Shown here: piece after piece, positions 37,405 to 50,029 of the stretch
Layout: each line of letters opens with the position of its first letter
Numbering within the stretch: the first letter of the stretch is position 1
NCBI RefSeq assembly: GCF_036365525.1
Contig: NC_090373.1
Coordinates: forward strand, 21,567,935 to 21,631,934
From: Heterodontus francisci
Taxonomy: Eukaryota
Direction: 5' to 3'
DNA: 64,000 nucleotides
Notes under the pieces: generated by a model
Seen by the model: only the letters and a program-made list of their open reading frames with translations
Databases searched by the model: none
Told to the model about the DNA's origin: nothing
Position numbers and translations under genes: made by a program

Positions 37405-39107
37405 ATTCAGATGACACAAATTTTCATGCAACCTCAAAGCAGCTCACCTGCTTAACACACCAGTTAATACTTTTGGAACATTTAAAAAGCAAGGGGCACA
37501 TTTTATTCCATCTCTCAATAACCTTTTACAGTTCAGGTATGACTGTAGGTAATAATCTAAATTAATATTTTTCTGACTGTCAGAATGTGATGACTGATGT
37601 AGAATGTAAAATCCCCTCCCACTAATGTGTCATGTACATATTGTATATGTTTTCTGAGGGGGAAAACATGTTGCCAGCACAGAAGTAGTAAGGGTGAATA
37701 TGTTGTGTGGAGGGGAAAATGGAAAACTGTGCTCCCATGCCCCCCACCCCCCCGCCCTACATAAAGCTACCAACCTTGACTGCACATGTGACTGACCCCT
37801 AATGACTTACTACCAACACTGCTGGCCAGTGCTTAGAGGCACTACCATTTCAGCATTTGATTGACAGTCAAATTGAAGAGGGTTCTCTGAATGTTGCAAA
37901 GTCACTGCAAATGTCCTGACCTGGTCATGTTTACTCAGTTCCAGAATCTTTATTGCTGTGAAGTCAGGGGCCTCTCAGAGTGGGAATAAAGTCCAATGTT
38001 ATTTAAAAGAATTGGAAAAGTGCTGAAGGTACAGCTGCCAATGGTGGGGTGAAGGAAATCAGTGATGCTCAAGAGGCCAGAATTGGAAGAGTGCAGAGAT
38101 CTCAAAGGATTTTAGGGCTGGAGGAGGTTACAGAAATGTACAGGGGCAAGGGATTTGAAAACATTCCATCATTTTCTACCAGACAGGGACAATACATTCA
38201 TTCTTGTCTAATCCAGCCATTGCATGGAAAACTGTGAGGTTTACACTAGGAAACAGGATGAAGATAATTGGCCTCGATGTTACCCTTCTCCCCGAACAAG
38301 GGCTCCGGAGAAACTCTTTCCAGCGCCAGTGAAACCTCACCCGTTTATTGCAGACCCTGTCACTGAAAGCAGTGATACGAATTTCCGAGGAGTTGGTGAA
38401 CTTAGCCCGAGATTCCAGTGACTATCGATAACGTTGCTGATAGCTACATTTCTCCTGGTCTGCCCAATGATTCTGCTCGCCACAGCAGTCTGGGTGCCTC
38501 CTCTAAACTAAGGGTTCCTTTCACATGACATTAACCTTGACTGTATTGATTTTAATCTTAAACATATTCTTAACAAAAGTGAAGAACTGGGCCCATTTTC
38601 CATAGGATTCCCCCAAAGTATGCCAACCCATCTGTTTTCCCCTCCCACGTCACCCACAATTTTACAGGGAGTTAACATTTTGTTGCCATCCTATGGCTAA
38701 GTTGAGCCCTACTAGAAAGGTCTGTAAGTAACCTTGAGTTCAGAAAGCGACAACAGAATGCTGTACCTCAGAACGGAAGTGTGATCTCATCCCTGCATCT
38801 GGGATTAAATAGGAAAAAAAAAATTTATTGCACAAAAGCAAGTCATAATGCACCTTACACAGTAATGGTAAAATTGCATTTAATGTAGTTTAGTTAGGAG
38901 CCAGAATACACAGCTACAGTTTGAAAGCTATAGTGTAAGCGAGTCTCCAAATCATCTCATGCAAATATATCAATGAATATAACCAGCGAATGGCTAGCCT
39001 GATAAAAGTTAACTTATAAAAATTTAACTTTAACGGCATACCGTTGCAAAGAGCACTTTAAATCAATGTGTTTGGCGGGAGGACAATGTCGCCACAGTCT
39101 GGAATTT

Positions 39108-40586
39108 GCTGGGGGGAGAGGGGAGGAGAAGTGGGGGAAGAGGGGGAGGAGTGGGGGAGGGGGAAAGAGAGTGTGGAGGGGGAAAGAGAGTGTGGAGGGG
39201 GAAAGAGAGTGTGGGGGGGGAAGAGTGGGGGAGGGTGGGAAGAGAGGGGGAGGGTGGAAAGTGGGAGGGGGAAGGGGAGAAGCGAACGGAAGAGGGGGAA
39301 AAGGGGGAGGCGGAGGCGAACGGAAGAGGGGGGGCGAACGGAAGGGGGGGAGGGGGAAGCGAACGGAATTGGGGGGAGGGGGAGGCGAACGGAAGGGGGG
39401 GAGGGGGAGGCGAACGGAAAGGGGGGGAGGGAGCGGAACGGATGGGGAGGGAGGGGAGGGAGCAGAACGGATGTGGGGGGAGGGAGCGGAACAGATGGGG
39501 GGGGCGAGGGAGCGGAACGGATGGGCGGGCAAAGGAGCGGAACGGACGGGGGGGGGGGGTGGCGAGGGAGCGGAACGGATGGGGGGGTGGGGAGGGAGCG
39601 GTACGGACGGTGGGGGGGGGGGCAAGGGAGCGAAACGGACGGGGGGTGGGAGGGAGCGAAACGGACAGGGTGGGGGGGAGGGAGCGGAACGGACGGGGGG
39701 AGGGTAGGGAACGGAACGGAAAGGGGGCAGGGAGGGGAACGGACAGGGGGGCAGGGCGGGGAAGGGACAGGGGGGCAGGGCGGGGAAGGAACAGGGGGGC
39801 GGGGTGGGGAAGGAACAGGGGGGCGGGGCGGGGAAGGAACAGGGGGGCGGGGCGGGGAAGGAACAGGAGGGCGGGGAAGGAACAGGGGGGCGGGGCGGGG
39901 AAGGAACAGGGGGGCGGGGGCGGGGGGGGGGGGTGCAGGGCAGTGCACGGGAGGGAGGGGAACCGACATGCGGACAGTGGGTGGGAGGCGGTGGCAGGGG
40001 ATCCGGAGGGGGAGGGAGGTGAACGGGAGGGGAACGGGAGGGAGAAGAGAGTGGCAGGAGCTGAATGGGAATGTGTTGGGAAGGGAACGGGACGGGGGAG
40101 GGAGGGAAAAGGGAGGTGATCGGAAGGGGCAAGGGAGGGGGAGTGTTTGAGGGGAGGAGGGGAATTGGGTGAGGTTGAGCTGGGAGGAGGAGGAGATGGG
40201 ATATGGAAGAGAGTGTGATGTTATGGGAACAGGAGGAAGGAATGGAAATGGGGACTTGAATGGCGTGAGGGGATGGGAATGGGAGGATGGGATTAGGAGG
40301 AGGGCGTTGGGTATGGGGAGGGAGGATGGGATTAGGACGAGGGGGTGGGAATGGGGCAATCGGAATGGCAGTAATTGGAGGAATAGGAATGGAGGGATGG
40401 AAATGGGAATGGAGAGATGTGTTTGGGGGGGGAATGGGAGGATGGGTTTGGAGAGTTTATTGGGAATGGAGGGATGGGAATGAGGAGAGGGCAAAAAGGA
40501 ATGGGGACGGAATTAGCAGCAGGAGCAGTGATTAGGAGGCGGCGAATGGGTTTACTGGGACAGGGATGGGGGAGGGGAGTTGGGTA
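39108..40586 (+). repeat. G-rich low-complexity tandem tract
   Basis: Successive unit families GAAAGAGAGTGTGG, GAGCGGAACGG, GGGGAAGGAACAGGGG and GGAATGG; followed by a gap at 40587-40785. Confidence 0.9.
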
Positions 40587-40925
40587 NNNNNNNNNNNNNN
40601 NNNNNNNNNNNNNNNNNNNNNNNNNNNNNNNNNNNNNNNNNNNNNNNNNNNNNNNNNNNNNNNNNNNNNNNNNNNNNNNNNNNNNNNNNNNNNNNNNNNN
40701 NNNNNNNNNNNNNNNNNNNNNNNNNNNNNNNNNNNNNNNNNNNNNNNNNNNNNNNNNNNNNNNNNNNNNNNNNNNNNNNNNNNNNNTGGAATCTAGAACA
40801 TGGCAGCACCAGTCTCAGGATAAGGGTCCAATCATTTGGGACTGAGATGAGGAGAAATTTCTTCACTCAGAGGGTTGTGAATCTTTGGAATTCTCTACCC
40901 CAAAGGGTTGTGGATGCCCCACCGT

Positions 40926-41585
40926 TTAATTTTTCTTCATGCTTTTCTGTGATGTGAGCATCTTTGGCAAGGGCAGCATTTGTGGCCCATCCCTAATTGT
41001 CCTTGAGAAGGTGGTCGTGAGCTGCCTTCTTGAACCGCTGCATTCCATCTGGTGTATGGTATACCCACCTGTTAGGAAGGGAGTTCCAGGTTTTTGATCC
41101 AGCGACAGTGAAGGCACAGCGATATTGTTCCAAGTCAGGATGGTGTGTGGCTTGGAGGGGAACTTGCAGGTGGTGGTGTTCCCATGCGTCTGCTGTCCTT
41201 GTCCTTCTAGTTGGTAGAGGTCGCGGGTTTGGAAGGTGCTGTCTAAAGAGGCTTGGTGCGTTGCTGCAGTGCATCTTGTCGATGATACACACTGCTGCCA
41301 CTGCGCATCGGTGGTGCAGGGAGTGAATGTTTAGGTGGTGGGTGGGGTGCCGATAAAGCGAGCTGCTTTGTCCTGGATGGTTGTTCCGTGGTTTGATGGT
41401 AATGATAGAGTGGGGGATATGCTGGGCCGTGAGGTTACAGATTGTGTTGAATGCAATTCTGCTGCTGCTGATGGCCCACAGCACGTCATAGATGCCTAGT
41501 TTTGAGCAGCTACTTTTGAAGCTATCCCATTCAGCACGGTGGTAGTGACACACCACACGATGGATGATGTCCTCAGTGTGAAGAC
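40926..41585 (-). mobile_element. CR1-group LINE fragment with internal deletion, preceded by a plus-strand CR1 piece at 40786-40925
   Basis: ORF 40993-41658: IHSLHHRCAVAAVC, SLFRQHLPNP, SKTWNSLP, QRFKKAAH; A-rich tail at about 40930. Confidence 0.85.
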
Positions 41586-42519
41586 AGGTCTTTGGCTCGG
41601 TGGACTGACTGACTGAAGGCAAATGTAGCACCACCCAAGCGGATGGACAGTGTGCCACCTCCAGGCAGGTGGACAGACAGGAGGTCAGTGCACCGCAGGA
41701 CTGACTAAAGACCTGCCTGTAAGCTCAGCACCGAACAGAAACGTCAGTGGAGTTGCCAGGCAAGATGAGCAGGAAAAAAACTACATTTGTCTGTCAGCTA
41801 CTGAAAAAGGGTTAATGTAATATTTTCAGGTTGGCGTAAGTGAAAAGGGTAGATGAAGACTTTATTTGAAAAATGCAAAATACTGCAGACACTGCAAATC
41901 TGAAATAAAAACGAAAATATCTGGAAACATACAGCAGGTCAAGATGCATCTATGGAGAATAGTTTGGATTTATTTAGCATCCTTATGATCACAAAGCATT
42001 CCACAGAAATTAAGGTTTTTGAAGTGTTCTAATATCTTGCAAAAACAGAGAGTTGGGACCCATGTTAGTTCCTGCACTGATTTGTTTCCCACATTTCCGA
42101 TTGCAATCAGTTGGTACTCAGTGGGATAAATTGCTGTTGATGTAACATATGTGTCAGTTTGTTGCTGTGTTGTGAGTATTAGCATCTGTGTGATGACTTC
42201 AGTATGCTGGCTCTTCCGGCAAACATTCCTTTTGTCAGCACTGGAAAATACAAATGAGGGAAAATCAAAAAAAAGACTAATTGTTTAAGGCACTCCCTGA
42301 ACCATCTGCTGGATGATGCTAAAATCCGTGGAAAACAAAAAGTATTTATAACTGAAGGTGAAAAGGAATTTGCAATGAGACCAGAGAGAGACAATATGCA
42401 AAGCGGTTCCGATTGTGTTAGCTTGGCTCAGCGGTAGCTAAGTCACTGGGAAGGCCATCAGTTTGCATTTGCTGCGGTTTGAGAGCTGTGACAGATCCAG
42501 CAATCCTCCTGGGACAGTT

Positions 42520-42720
42520 ACACAGAGCCAGAGCCAGCGCCGGGTAGGCGCATGCGCGGCTCACCCGAGTTCCGGGACGCAGGCGCACAGCCGGCCGGCT
42601 TGCCGGCGGCCGTCAATCTCTATCCAGTTCCGGTTCCGCCAGTTGTCCCGGGTTACCGGTACCGAGCGGGTGGACCCGCATCCCGATTGTCGACCGAGAG
42701 GATCCCGGAGCGGAGTGAGT
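42520..42720 (+). promoter_or_regulatory. CpG-rich promoter and probable non-coding first exon ending at a 5' splice site
   Basis: Densest non-repeat CpG cluster in the window; NRF1 palindrome GCGCATGCGC at 42548-42557; ETS-type TTCCGG at 42570 and 42628; GGA|GTGAGT donor at 42715. Confidence 0.65.
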
Positions 42721-45700
42721 GCTCCCTGTCTGGGAGGGGGAGGGAGAGGGAGAGGGAGAGGTGTGCCCCCTGTCTGGGAGGGGGAGGGAGGGGGGGGAGG
42801 TGTGCCCCCTGTCTGGGAGGGGGGGGGGAGGTAGGGAGGGAGGGGGGGGAGGTGTGCCCCCTGTCTGGGAGGGGGGGGGAGGTGTGCCCCCTGTCTGGGA
42901 GGGGGGGGGGGGGGGGAGAGAGAGGTGTGCCCCCTGTCTGGGAGGGAGGGGGGAGGTAGGGAGGGAGGGGGGGGGAGGTGTGCCCCCTGTCTGGGGAGGA
43001 GGGGGGGGGGGGGGAGAGAGAGGTGTGCCCCCTGTCTGGGAGGGAGGGGGAGGTAGGGAGGGAGGGGGGGGAGGTGTGCCCCCTGTCTGGGAGGGAGGGG
43101 GGGAGGTAGGGAGGGAGGGGGGGGGAGGTGTGCCCCCTGTCTGGGAGGGGGGGGGAGGTAGGGAGGGAGGGGGGGGAGGTGTGCCCCCTGTCTGGGAGGG
43201 GGGGGGAGGTGTGCCCCCTGTCTGGGAGGGAGGGGGGGGGGGGAGAGAGAGGTGTGCCCCCTGTCTGGGAGGAGGGGGGACGGTAGGGAGGGAGGGGGGG
43301 GAGGTGTGCCCCCTGTCTGGGAGGGGGGGGAGGTAGGGAGGGAGGGGGGGGAGGTGTGCCCCTGTCTGGGAGGGGGGGGGAGGTAGGGAGGGAGGGGGGG
43401 AGGTGTGCCCCCTGTCTGGGAGGGGGGGGGAGGTAGGGAGGGAGGGGGGGGGGAGGTGTGCCCCCTGTCTGGGAGGGGGGGGGGAGGTGTGCCCCCTGTC
43501 TGGGAGGGAGGGGGGAGGTGTGCCCCCTGTCTGGGAGGGAGGGGGGGGGGGGAGAGAGAGGTGTGCCCCCTGTCTGGGAGGGAGAGGGAGAGGGGAGAGG
43601 AGAGAGAAGAGAGAGAGAGAGAGAGGTGTGCCCCCTGTCTGGGAGGGAGGGGGGAGGTAGGGAGGGAGGGGGGGGGAGGTGTGCCCCCTGTCTGGGAGGG
43701 GGAGGGGGAGGGGGAGGGAGAGGGAGGAGAGAGAAGAGAGAGAGAGAGAGGTGTGCCCCCTGTCTGGGAGGGAGGGGGGAGGTGTGCCCCCTGTCTGGGA
43801 GGGGGGGGGGGAGAGAGAGGTGTGCCCCTGTCTGGGAGGGGGAGGGGGGAGGGAGAGGGAGGAGAGAGAAGAGAGAGAAGAGAGAGAGAGAGGTGTGCCC
43901 CCTGTCTGGAGGGAGGGGGGAGGGTAGGGAGGGAGGGGGGGGGAGGTGTGCCCCCTGTCTGGGAGGGGGGGGGAGGTAGGGAGGGAGGGGGGGGAGGTGT
44001 GCCCCCTGTCTGGAGGGGGGGGGAGGTAGGGAGGGAGGGGGGGGAGGTGTGCCCCCTGTCTGGGAGGGGGGGGGAGGTGTGCCCCCTGTCTGGGAGGGAG
44101 GGGGGGGGGGGGAGAGAGAGGTGTGCCCCCTGTCTGGGAGGGGGAGGGAGAGGGAGAGGGGAGAGGAAGAGAAGAGAGAGAGAGAGAGAGGTGTGCCCCC
44201 TGTCTGGGAGGGGAGGGGGAGGTAGGGAGGGAGGGGGGGGGAGGTGTGCCCCCTGTCTGGGAGGGGGGGGGAGGTGTGCCCCCTGTCTGGGAGGGGGGGG
44301 GAGGTGTGCCCCCTGTCTGGGAGGGAGGGAGGGAGGGGGGGGGGGGAAGAGGAGGTGTGCCCCCTGTCTGGGAGGGAGGGAGGGGGGAGGAGGTGTGCCC
44401 CCTGTCTGGGAGGGAGGGAGGGGGGAGGAGGTGTGCCCCCTGTCTGGGAGGGAGGGAGGGAGAGGGGGGAGGTAGGGAGGGAGGGGGGGGAGGTGTGCCC
44501 CCTGTCTGGGAGGGAGGGAGGGGGGAGGAGGTGTGCCCCCTGTCTGGGAGGGGGGGGGAGGTGTGCCCCCTGTCTGGGAGGGAGGGGGTGGGGGGGAAGA
44601 GAGAGGTGTGCCCCCTGTCTGGGAGGGGGAGGGGGAGGGAGAGGGAGGAGAGAGAAGAGAGAGAGAGAGAGGTGTGCCCCCTGTCTGGGAGGGAGGGGGG
44701 AGGTAGGGAGGGAGGGGGGGGGAGGTGTGCCCCCTGTCTGGGAGGGGGGGGGAGGTGTGCCCCCTGTCTGGGAGGGTGGGGGGGGGGGGGGGAGAGAGAG
44801 GTGTGCCCCCTGTCTGGGAGGGGGAGGGGGAGGGAGAGGGGGAGAGGAGAGAGGAGAGAGGAGAGAGGAGAGAGAAGAGAGAGAGAGGTGTGCCCCCTGT
44901 CTGGGAGGGAGGGGGGAGGTAGGGAGGGAGGGGGGGGGAGGTGTGCCCCCTGTCTGGAGGGGGGGGAGGTAGGGAGGGAGGGGGGGGAGGTGTGCCCCCT
45001 GTCTGGGAGGGGGGGGGAGGTGTGCCCCCTGTCTGGGAGGGAGGGGGGGGGGGGAGAGAGAGGTGTGCCCCCTGTCTGGGAGGGGGAGGGGGAGGGGGAG
45101 GGGGAGGGAGAGGGAGAGGAGAGAGAAGAGAGAGAGAGAGAGAGGTGTGCCCCCTGTCTGGGAGGGAGGGGGGAGGTAGGGAGGGAGGGGGGGGGAGGTG
45201 TGCCCCCTGTCTGGGAGGGGGGGGAGGTGTGCCCCCTGTCTGGGAGGGAGGGAGGGGGGAGGAGGTGTGCCCCCTGTCTGGGAGGGAGGGGGGGGGGGGG
45301 GAGAGAGAGGTGTGCCCCCTGTCTGGGAGGGAGAGGGAGAGGGGAGAGGAGAGAGAAGAGAGAGAGAGAGAGAGGTGTGCCCCCTGTCTGGGAGGGAGGG
45401 GGGAGGTAGGGAGGGAGGGGGGGGAGGTGTGCCCCCTGTCTGGGAGGGGGAGGGGGAGGGGGAGGAGAGGGAGGAGAGAGAAGAGAGAGAGAGAGAGGTG
45501 TGCCCCCTGTCTGGGAGGGAGGGGGGAGGGTGGCCCCCTGTCTGGGAGGGGGGGGGGAGAGAGAGGTGTGCCCCCTGTCTGGGAGGGGGAGGGGGAGGGA
45601 GAGGGAGGAGAGAGAAGAGAGAGAAGAGAGGAGAGAGAGGTGTGCCCCCTGTCTGGGAGGGAGGGGGGAGGTAGGGAGGGAGGGGGGGGAGGTGTGCCCC

Positions 45701-47611
45701 CTGTCTGGGAGGGGGGGGGAGGTAGGGAGGGAGGGGGGGGAGGTGTGCCCCCTGTCTGGGAGGGGGGGGAGGTAGGGAGGGAGGGGGGGGAGGTGTGCCC
45801 CCTGTCTGGGAGGGGGGGGGAGGTGTGCCCCCTGTCTGGGAGGGAGGGGGGGGGGGGGAGAGAGAGGTGTGCCCCCTGTCTGGGAGGGGGAGGGAGAGGG
45901 AGAGGGGAGAGGAGAGAGAAGAGAGAGAGAGAGAGAGGTGTGCCCCCTGTCTGGGAGGGAGGGGGGAGGTAGGGAGGGAGGGGGGGGGAGGTGTGCCCCC
46001 TGTCTGGGAGGGGGGGGGAGGTGTGCCCCCTGGTCTGGGAGGGGGGGGGAGGTGTGCCCCCTGTCTGGGAGGGAGGGAGGGAGGGGGGGGGGGGAAGAGG
46101 AGGTGTGCCCCTGTCTGGGAGGGAGGGAGGGGGGAGGAGGTGTGCCCCTGTCTGGGAGGGAGGGAGGGGGAGGAGGTGTGCCCCCTGTCTGGGAGGGAGG
46201 GAGGGAGAGGGGGGAGGTAGGGAGGGAGGGGGGGGAGGTGTGCCCCTGTCTGGGAGGGAGGGAGGGGGGAGGAGGTGTGCCCCCTGTCTGGGAGGGGGGG
46301 GGAGGTGTGCCCCCTGTCTGGGAGGAGGGGGGGGGGGGAAGAGAGAGGTGTGCCCCCTGTCTGGGAGGGGGAGGGGGAGGGAGAGGGAGGAGAGAGAAGA
46401 GAGAGAGAGAGAGAGAGGTGTGCCCCCTGTCTGGGAGGGAGGGGGGAGGTAGGGAGGGAGGGGGGGGGAGGTGTGCCCCCTGTCTGGGAGGGGGGGGGAG
46501 GTGTGCCCCCTGTCTGGGAGGGAGGGCGGGGGGGGGAGAGAGAGGTGTGCCCCCTGTCTGGGAGGGGGAGGGGGAGGGAGAGGGGAGAGGAGAGGGGAGA
46601 GGAGAGAGGAGAGAGGAGAGAGGAGAGAGAGAGAGGTGTGCCCCCTGTCTGGGGAGGGAGGGGGGAGGTAGGGAGGGAGGGGGGGGAGGTGTGCCCCCTG
46701 TCTGGGAGGGGGGGGGGAGGTAGGGAGGGAGGGGGGGGAGGTGTGCCCCCTGTCTGGGAGGGGGGGGGAGGTGTGCCCCCTGTCTGGGAGGGAGGGGGGG
46801 GGGGGAGAGAGAGGTGTGCCCCTGTCTGGGAGGGGGAGGGGAGGAGAGGGAGAGGAGAGAGAAGAGAGAGAGAGAGAGAGGTGTGCCCCCTGTCTGGGAG
46901 GGAGGGGGAGGTAGGGAGGGAGGGGGGGGGAGGTGTGCCCCCTGTCTGGGAGGGGGGGGGAGGTGTGCCCCCTGTCTGGGAGGGAGGGAGGGGGGAGGAG
47001 GTGTGCCCCCTGTCTGGGAGGGGGGGGGAGGTGTGCCCCCTGTCTGGGAGGAGGGAGGGAGGGGGGGGGGGAAGAGGAGGTGTGCCCCCTGTCTGGGAGG
47101 GAGGGAGGGGGGAGGAGGTGTGGCCCCCTGTCTGGGAGGGAGGGAGGGGGGAGGAGGTGTGCCCCCTGTCTGGAGGAGGGGGGAGGTAGGGAGGGAGAGG
47201 GGGGAGGTAGGGAGGGAGGGGGGGGAGGTGTGCCCCCTGTCTGGGAGGGAGGGGGGAGGGAGGTGTGCCCCCTGTCTGGGAGGGGGGGGGAGGTGTGCCC
47301 CCTGTCTGGGAGGGAGGGAGGGGGGGGGGAGGTGTGCCCCCTGTCTGGGAGGGAGGGGGGGGGGGGAAGAGAGAGGTGTGCCCCCTGTCTGGGAGGGGGA
47401 GGGGGAGGGAGAGGGAGGAGAGAGAAGAGAGAGAGAGAGAGAGGTGTGCCCCCTGTCTGGGAGGGAGGGGGGAGGTAGGGAGGGAGGGGGGGGAGGTGTG
47501 CCCCCTGTCTGGGAGGGGGGGGGGAGGTGTGCCCCCTGTCTGGGAGGGAGGGGGGGGGGGGGAGAGAGAGGTGTGCCCCCTGTGGGAGGGGGAGGGGGAG
47601 GAGGGGGAGAG

Positions 47612-47645
<34 letters not shown>

Positions 47646-49990
47646 GTGTGCCCCCTGTCTGGGAGTGAGGGGGGAGGTAGGGAGGGAGGGGGGGGGAGGT
47701 GTGCCCCCTGTCTGGGAGGGGGGGGGAGGTGTGCCCCCTGTCTGGGAGGGAGGGAGGGGGGAGGAGGTGTGCCCCCTGTCTGGGAGGGGGGGGGAGGTGT
47801 GCCCCCTGTCTGGGAGGGAGGGAGGGAGGGGGGGGGGAAGAGGAGGTGTGCCCCCTGTCTGGGAGGGAGGGAGGGGGGAGGAGGTGTGCCCCCTGTCTGG
47901 GAGGGAGGGAGGGGGGAGGAGGTGTGCCCCCTGTCTGGGAGGGAGGGAGGGGGGGGGAGGTGTGCCCCCTGTCTGGGAGGGAGGGGGGAGGTAGGGAGGG
48001 AGAGGGGGGAGGTAGGGAGGGAGGGGGGGAGGTGTGCCCCCTGTCTGGGAGGGAGGGAGGGGGGAGGAGGTGTGCCCCCTGTCTGGGAGGGGGGGGAGGT
48101 GTGCCCCCTGTCTGGGGAGGGAGGGAGGGGGGGGGGGGAAGAGGAGGTGTGCCCCCTGTCTGGGAGGGATGGAGGGGGGAGGAGGTGTGCCCCCTGTCTG
48201 GGAGGGAGGGAGGGGGGAGGAGGTGTGCCCCTGTCTGGAGGGAGGGAGGGGGGGGAGGTGTGCCCCTGTCTGGGAGGGAGAGGGGGGAGGTAGGGAGGGA
48301 GGGGGGGGAGGTGTGCCCCCTGTCTGGGAGGGAGGGAGGGGGAGGAGGTGTGCCCCCTGTCTGGGAGGGGGGGGGAGGTGTGCCCCCTGTCTGGGAGGGG
48401 GGGGGAAGAGGAGTGTGCCCCCTGTCTGGAGGGAGGGAGGGGGGAGGAGGTGTGTGCCCCTGTCTGGGAGGGATGGGAGGGGGGGAGGAGGTGTGCCCCC
48501 TGTCTGGGAGGGAGGGAGGGGGGGGGAGGTGTGCCCCCTGTCTGGGAGGGAGGGGGGAGGTAGGGAGGGAGGGGGGGGAGGTGTGCCCCCTGTCTGGGAG
48601 GGAGGGGGGGGAGGTGTGCCCCTGTCTGGGTGGGAGGGAGGGAGGGGGGGGGGGATGTGTGCCCCCTGTCTGGGAGGGAGGGAGGGGGGGGGTGAGGTTG
48701 TGCCCCCTGTCTGGGAGGGAGGGGGGAGGTAGGGAGGGAGGGGGGGGAGGTGTGCCCCCTGTCTGGGAGGGAGGGGGGGGGGGATGTGTGCCCCCTGTCT
48801 GGTGAGGGGGGGGGGGGAGGTGTGCCCCCTGTCTGGGAGGGAGGGAGGGGGGGGAGGTGTGCCCCCTGTCTGGGTGGGAGGGAGGGAGGGGGGGGATGTG
48901 TGCCCCCTGTCTGGGAGGAGGGAGGGGGGGGGGAGGTGTGCCCCTGTCTGGGAGGGAGGGAGGGGGGGGGAGAGGAGGTGTGCCCCCTGTCTGGGAGGGA
49001 GGGGGGAGGTAGGGAGGGAGGGGGGGGAGGTGTGCCCCCTGTCTGGGAGGAGGGGGGGGGAGGGTGTGCCCCCTGTCTGGGAGGGAGGGAGGGGGGGGGG
49101 GGAGAGAGGAGGTGTGCCCCCTGTCTGGGAGGGAGGGGGAGGGGGGGAGAGAGGAGGTGTGCCCCCTGTCTGGGAGGGAGGGGGGAGGTAGGGAGGGAGG
49201 GAGAGAGGAGGTGTGCCCCCTGTCTGGGAGGGGGAGGGAGGAGGGAGAGGTGTGCCCCATGTCTGGGAGGGAGGGGGGGGGGGGAGAGGAGGTGTGCCCC
49301 CTGTCTGGGAGGGAGGGGGGGAGGAGGGGGGGGAGAGGAGGTGTGCCCCCTGTCTGGGAGGGAGGGGGGGAGGAGGGGGGGGGGAGGTGTGCCCCCTGTC
49401 TGGGAGGGGGGGGGGGAGGTTGTGCCCCCTGTCGGGAAGGAGGGAGGGGGGGGAAGGTGTGCCCCCTGTCTGGGATGGGAGGGAGGAGGAGGGGGGGGGG
49501 GGAGATGTGCCCCCTGTCTGGGAGGGGAGGAGGGGGGGGGGGAGTGTGCCCCCTGTCTGGGAGGGAGGGAGGGGAGGTGAGTGCCCCCTGTCTGGGAGGT
49601 GAGTGCCCCCTGTCTGGAGGGAGGGAGGGGAGATGAGTGCCCCCTGTCTGGGAGGGAGGGAGGGGAGATGAGTGCCCCCTGTCTGGGAGGGAGGGAGGGG
49701 AGATGAGTGCCCCCTGTCTGGGAGGGAGGGGAGGTGAGTGCCCCTGTCTGTGAGGGAGGGAGCGAGCGAGTTCCCCCTGTCTGTGAGGGAGGGAGAGGGC
49801 GAGTGATCCCTGTCTGTGAGGGAGGGAGGGGGCGAGTGATCCTTGTCTGTGTGAGGGAGGGAGGGGGCGAGTGATCCCTGTCTGTGAGGGAGGGAGGGGG
49901 TGGGCGAGTGCCCCCTGTCTGTGAGGGAGGGAGCGAGTGATCCCTGTCTGTGAGGGAGGGTGAGAGTGAGTGCCCTCTGTCTGTGAAGGA
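42721..49990 (+). repeat. Minisatellite-like array: core GAGGTGTGCCCCCTGTCTGG with variable purine spacers
   Basis: Roughly 150-200 copies (estimated by eye); core drifts to GAGTGCCCCC/GAGTGATCCCTGTCTGTGA after about 49570. Confidence 0.97.
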
Positions 49991-50029
49991 GGAAGAGGCA
50001 TGGGGAATCTTTATTTGAATGCAGGACAC

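Noticed and set aside
37586-37658. Box C/D snoRNA-like GTGATGA...CTGA
   Set aside because: No terminal stem or recognisable rRNA guide; such short motifs occur by chance.
39014-40535. Extensin/formin-like Pro-rich ORFs
   Set aside because: Low-complexity G-rich repeat, open in most frames.
42721-49990. CRISPR-like pattern of a constant repeat with variable spacers
   Set aside because: Spacers are low-complexity G/A runs that recur, there are no cas genes, and the context is vertebrate; it is a minisatellite.
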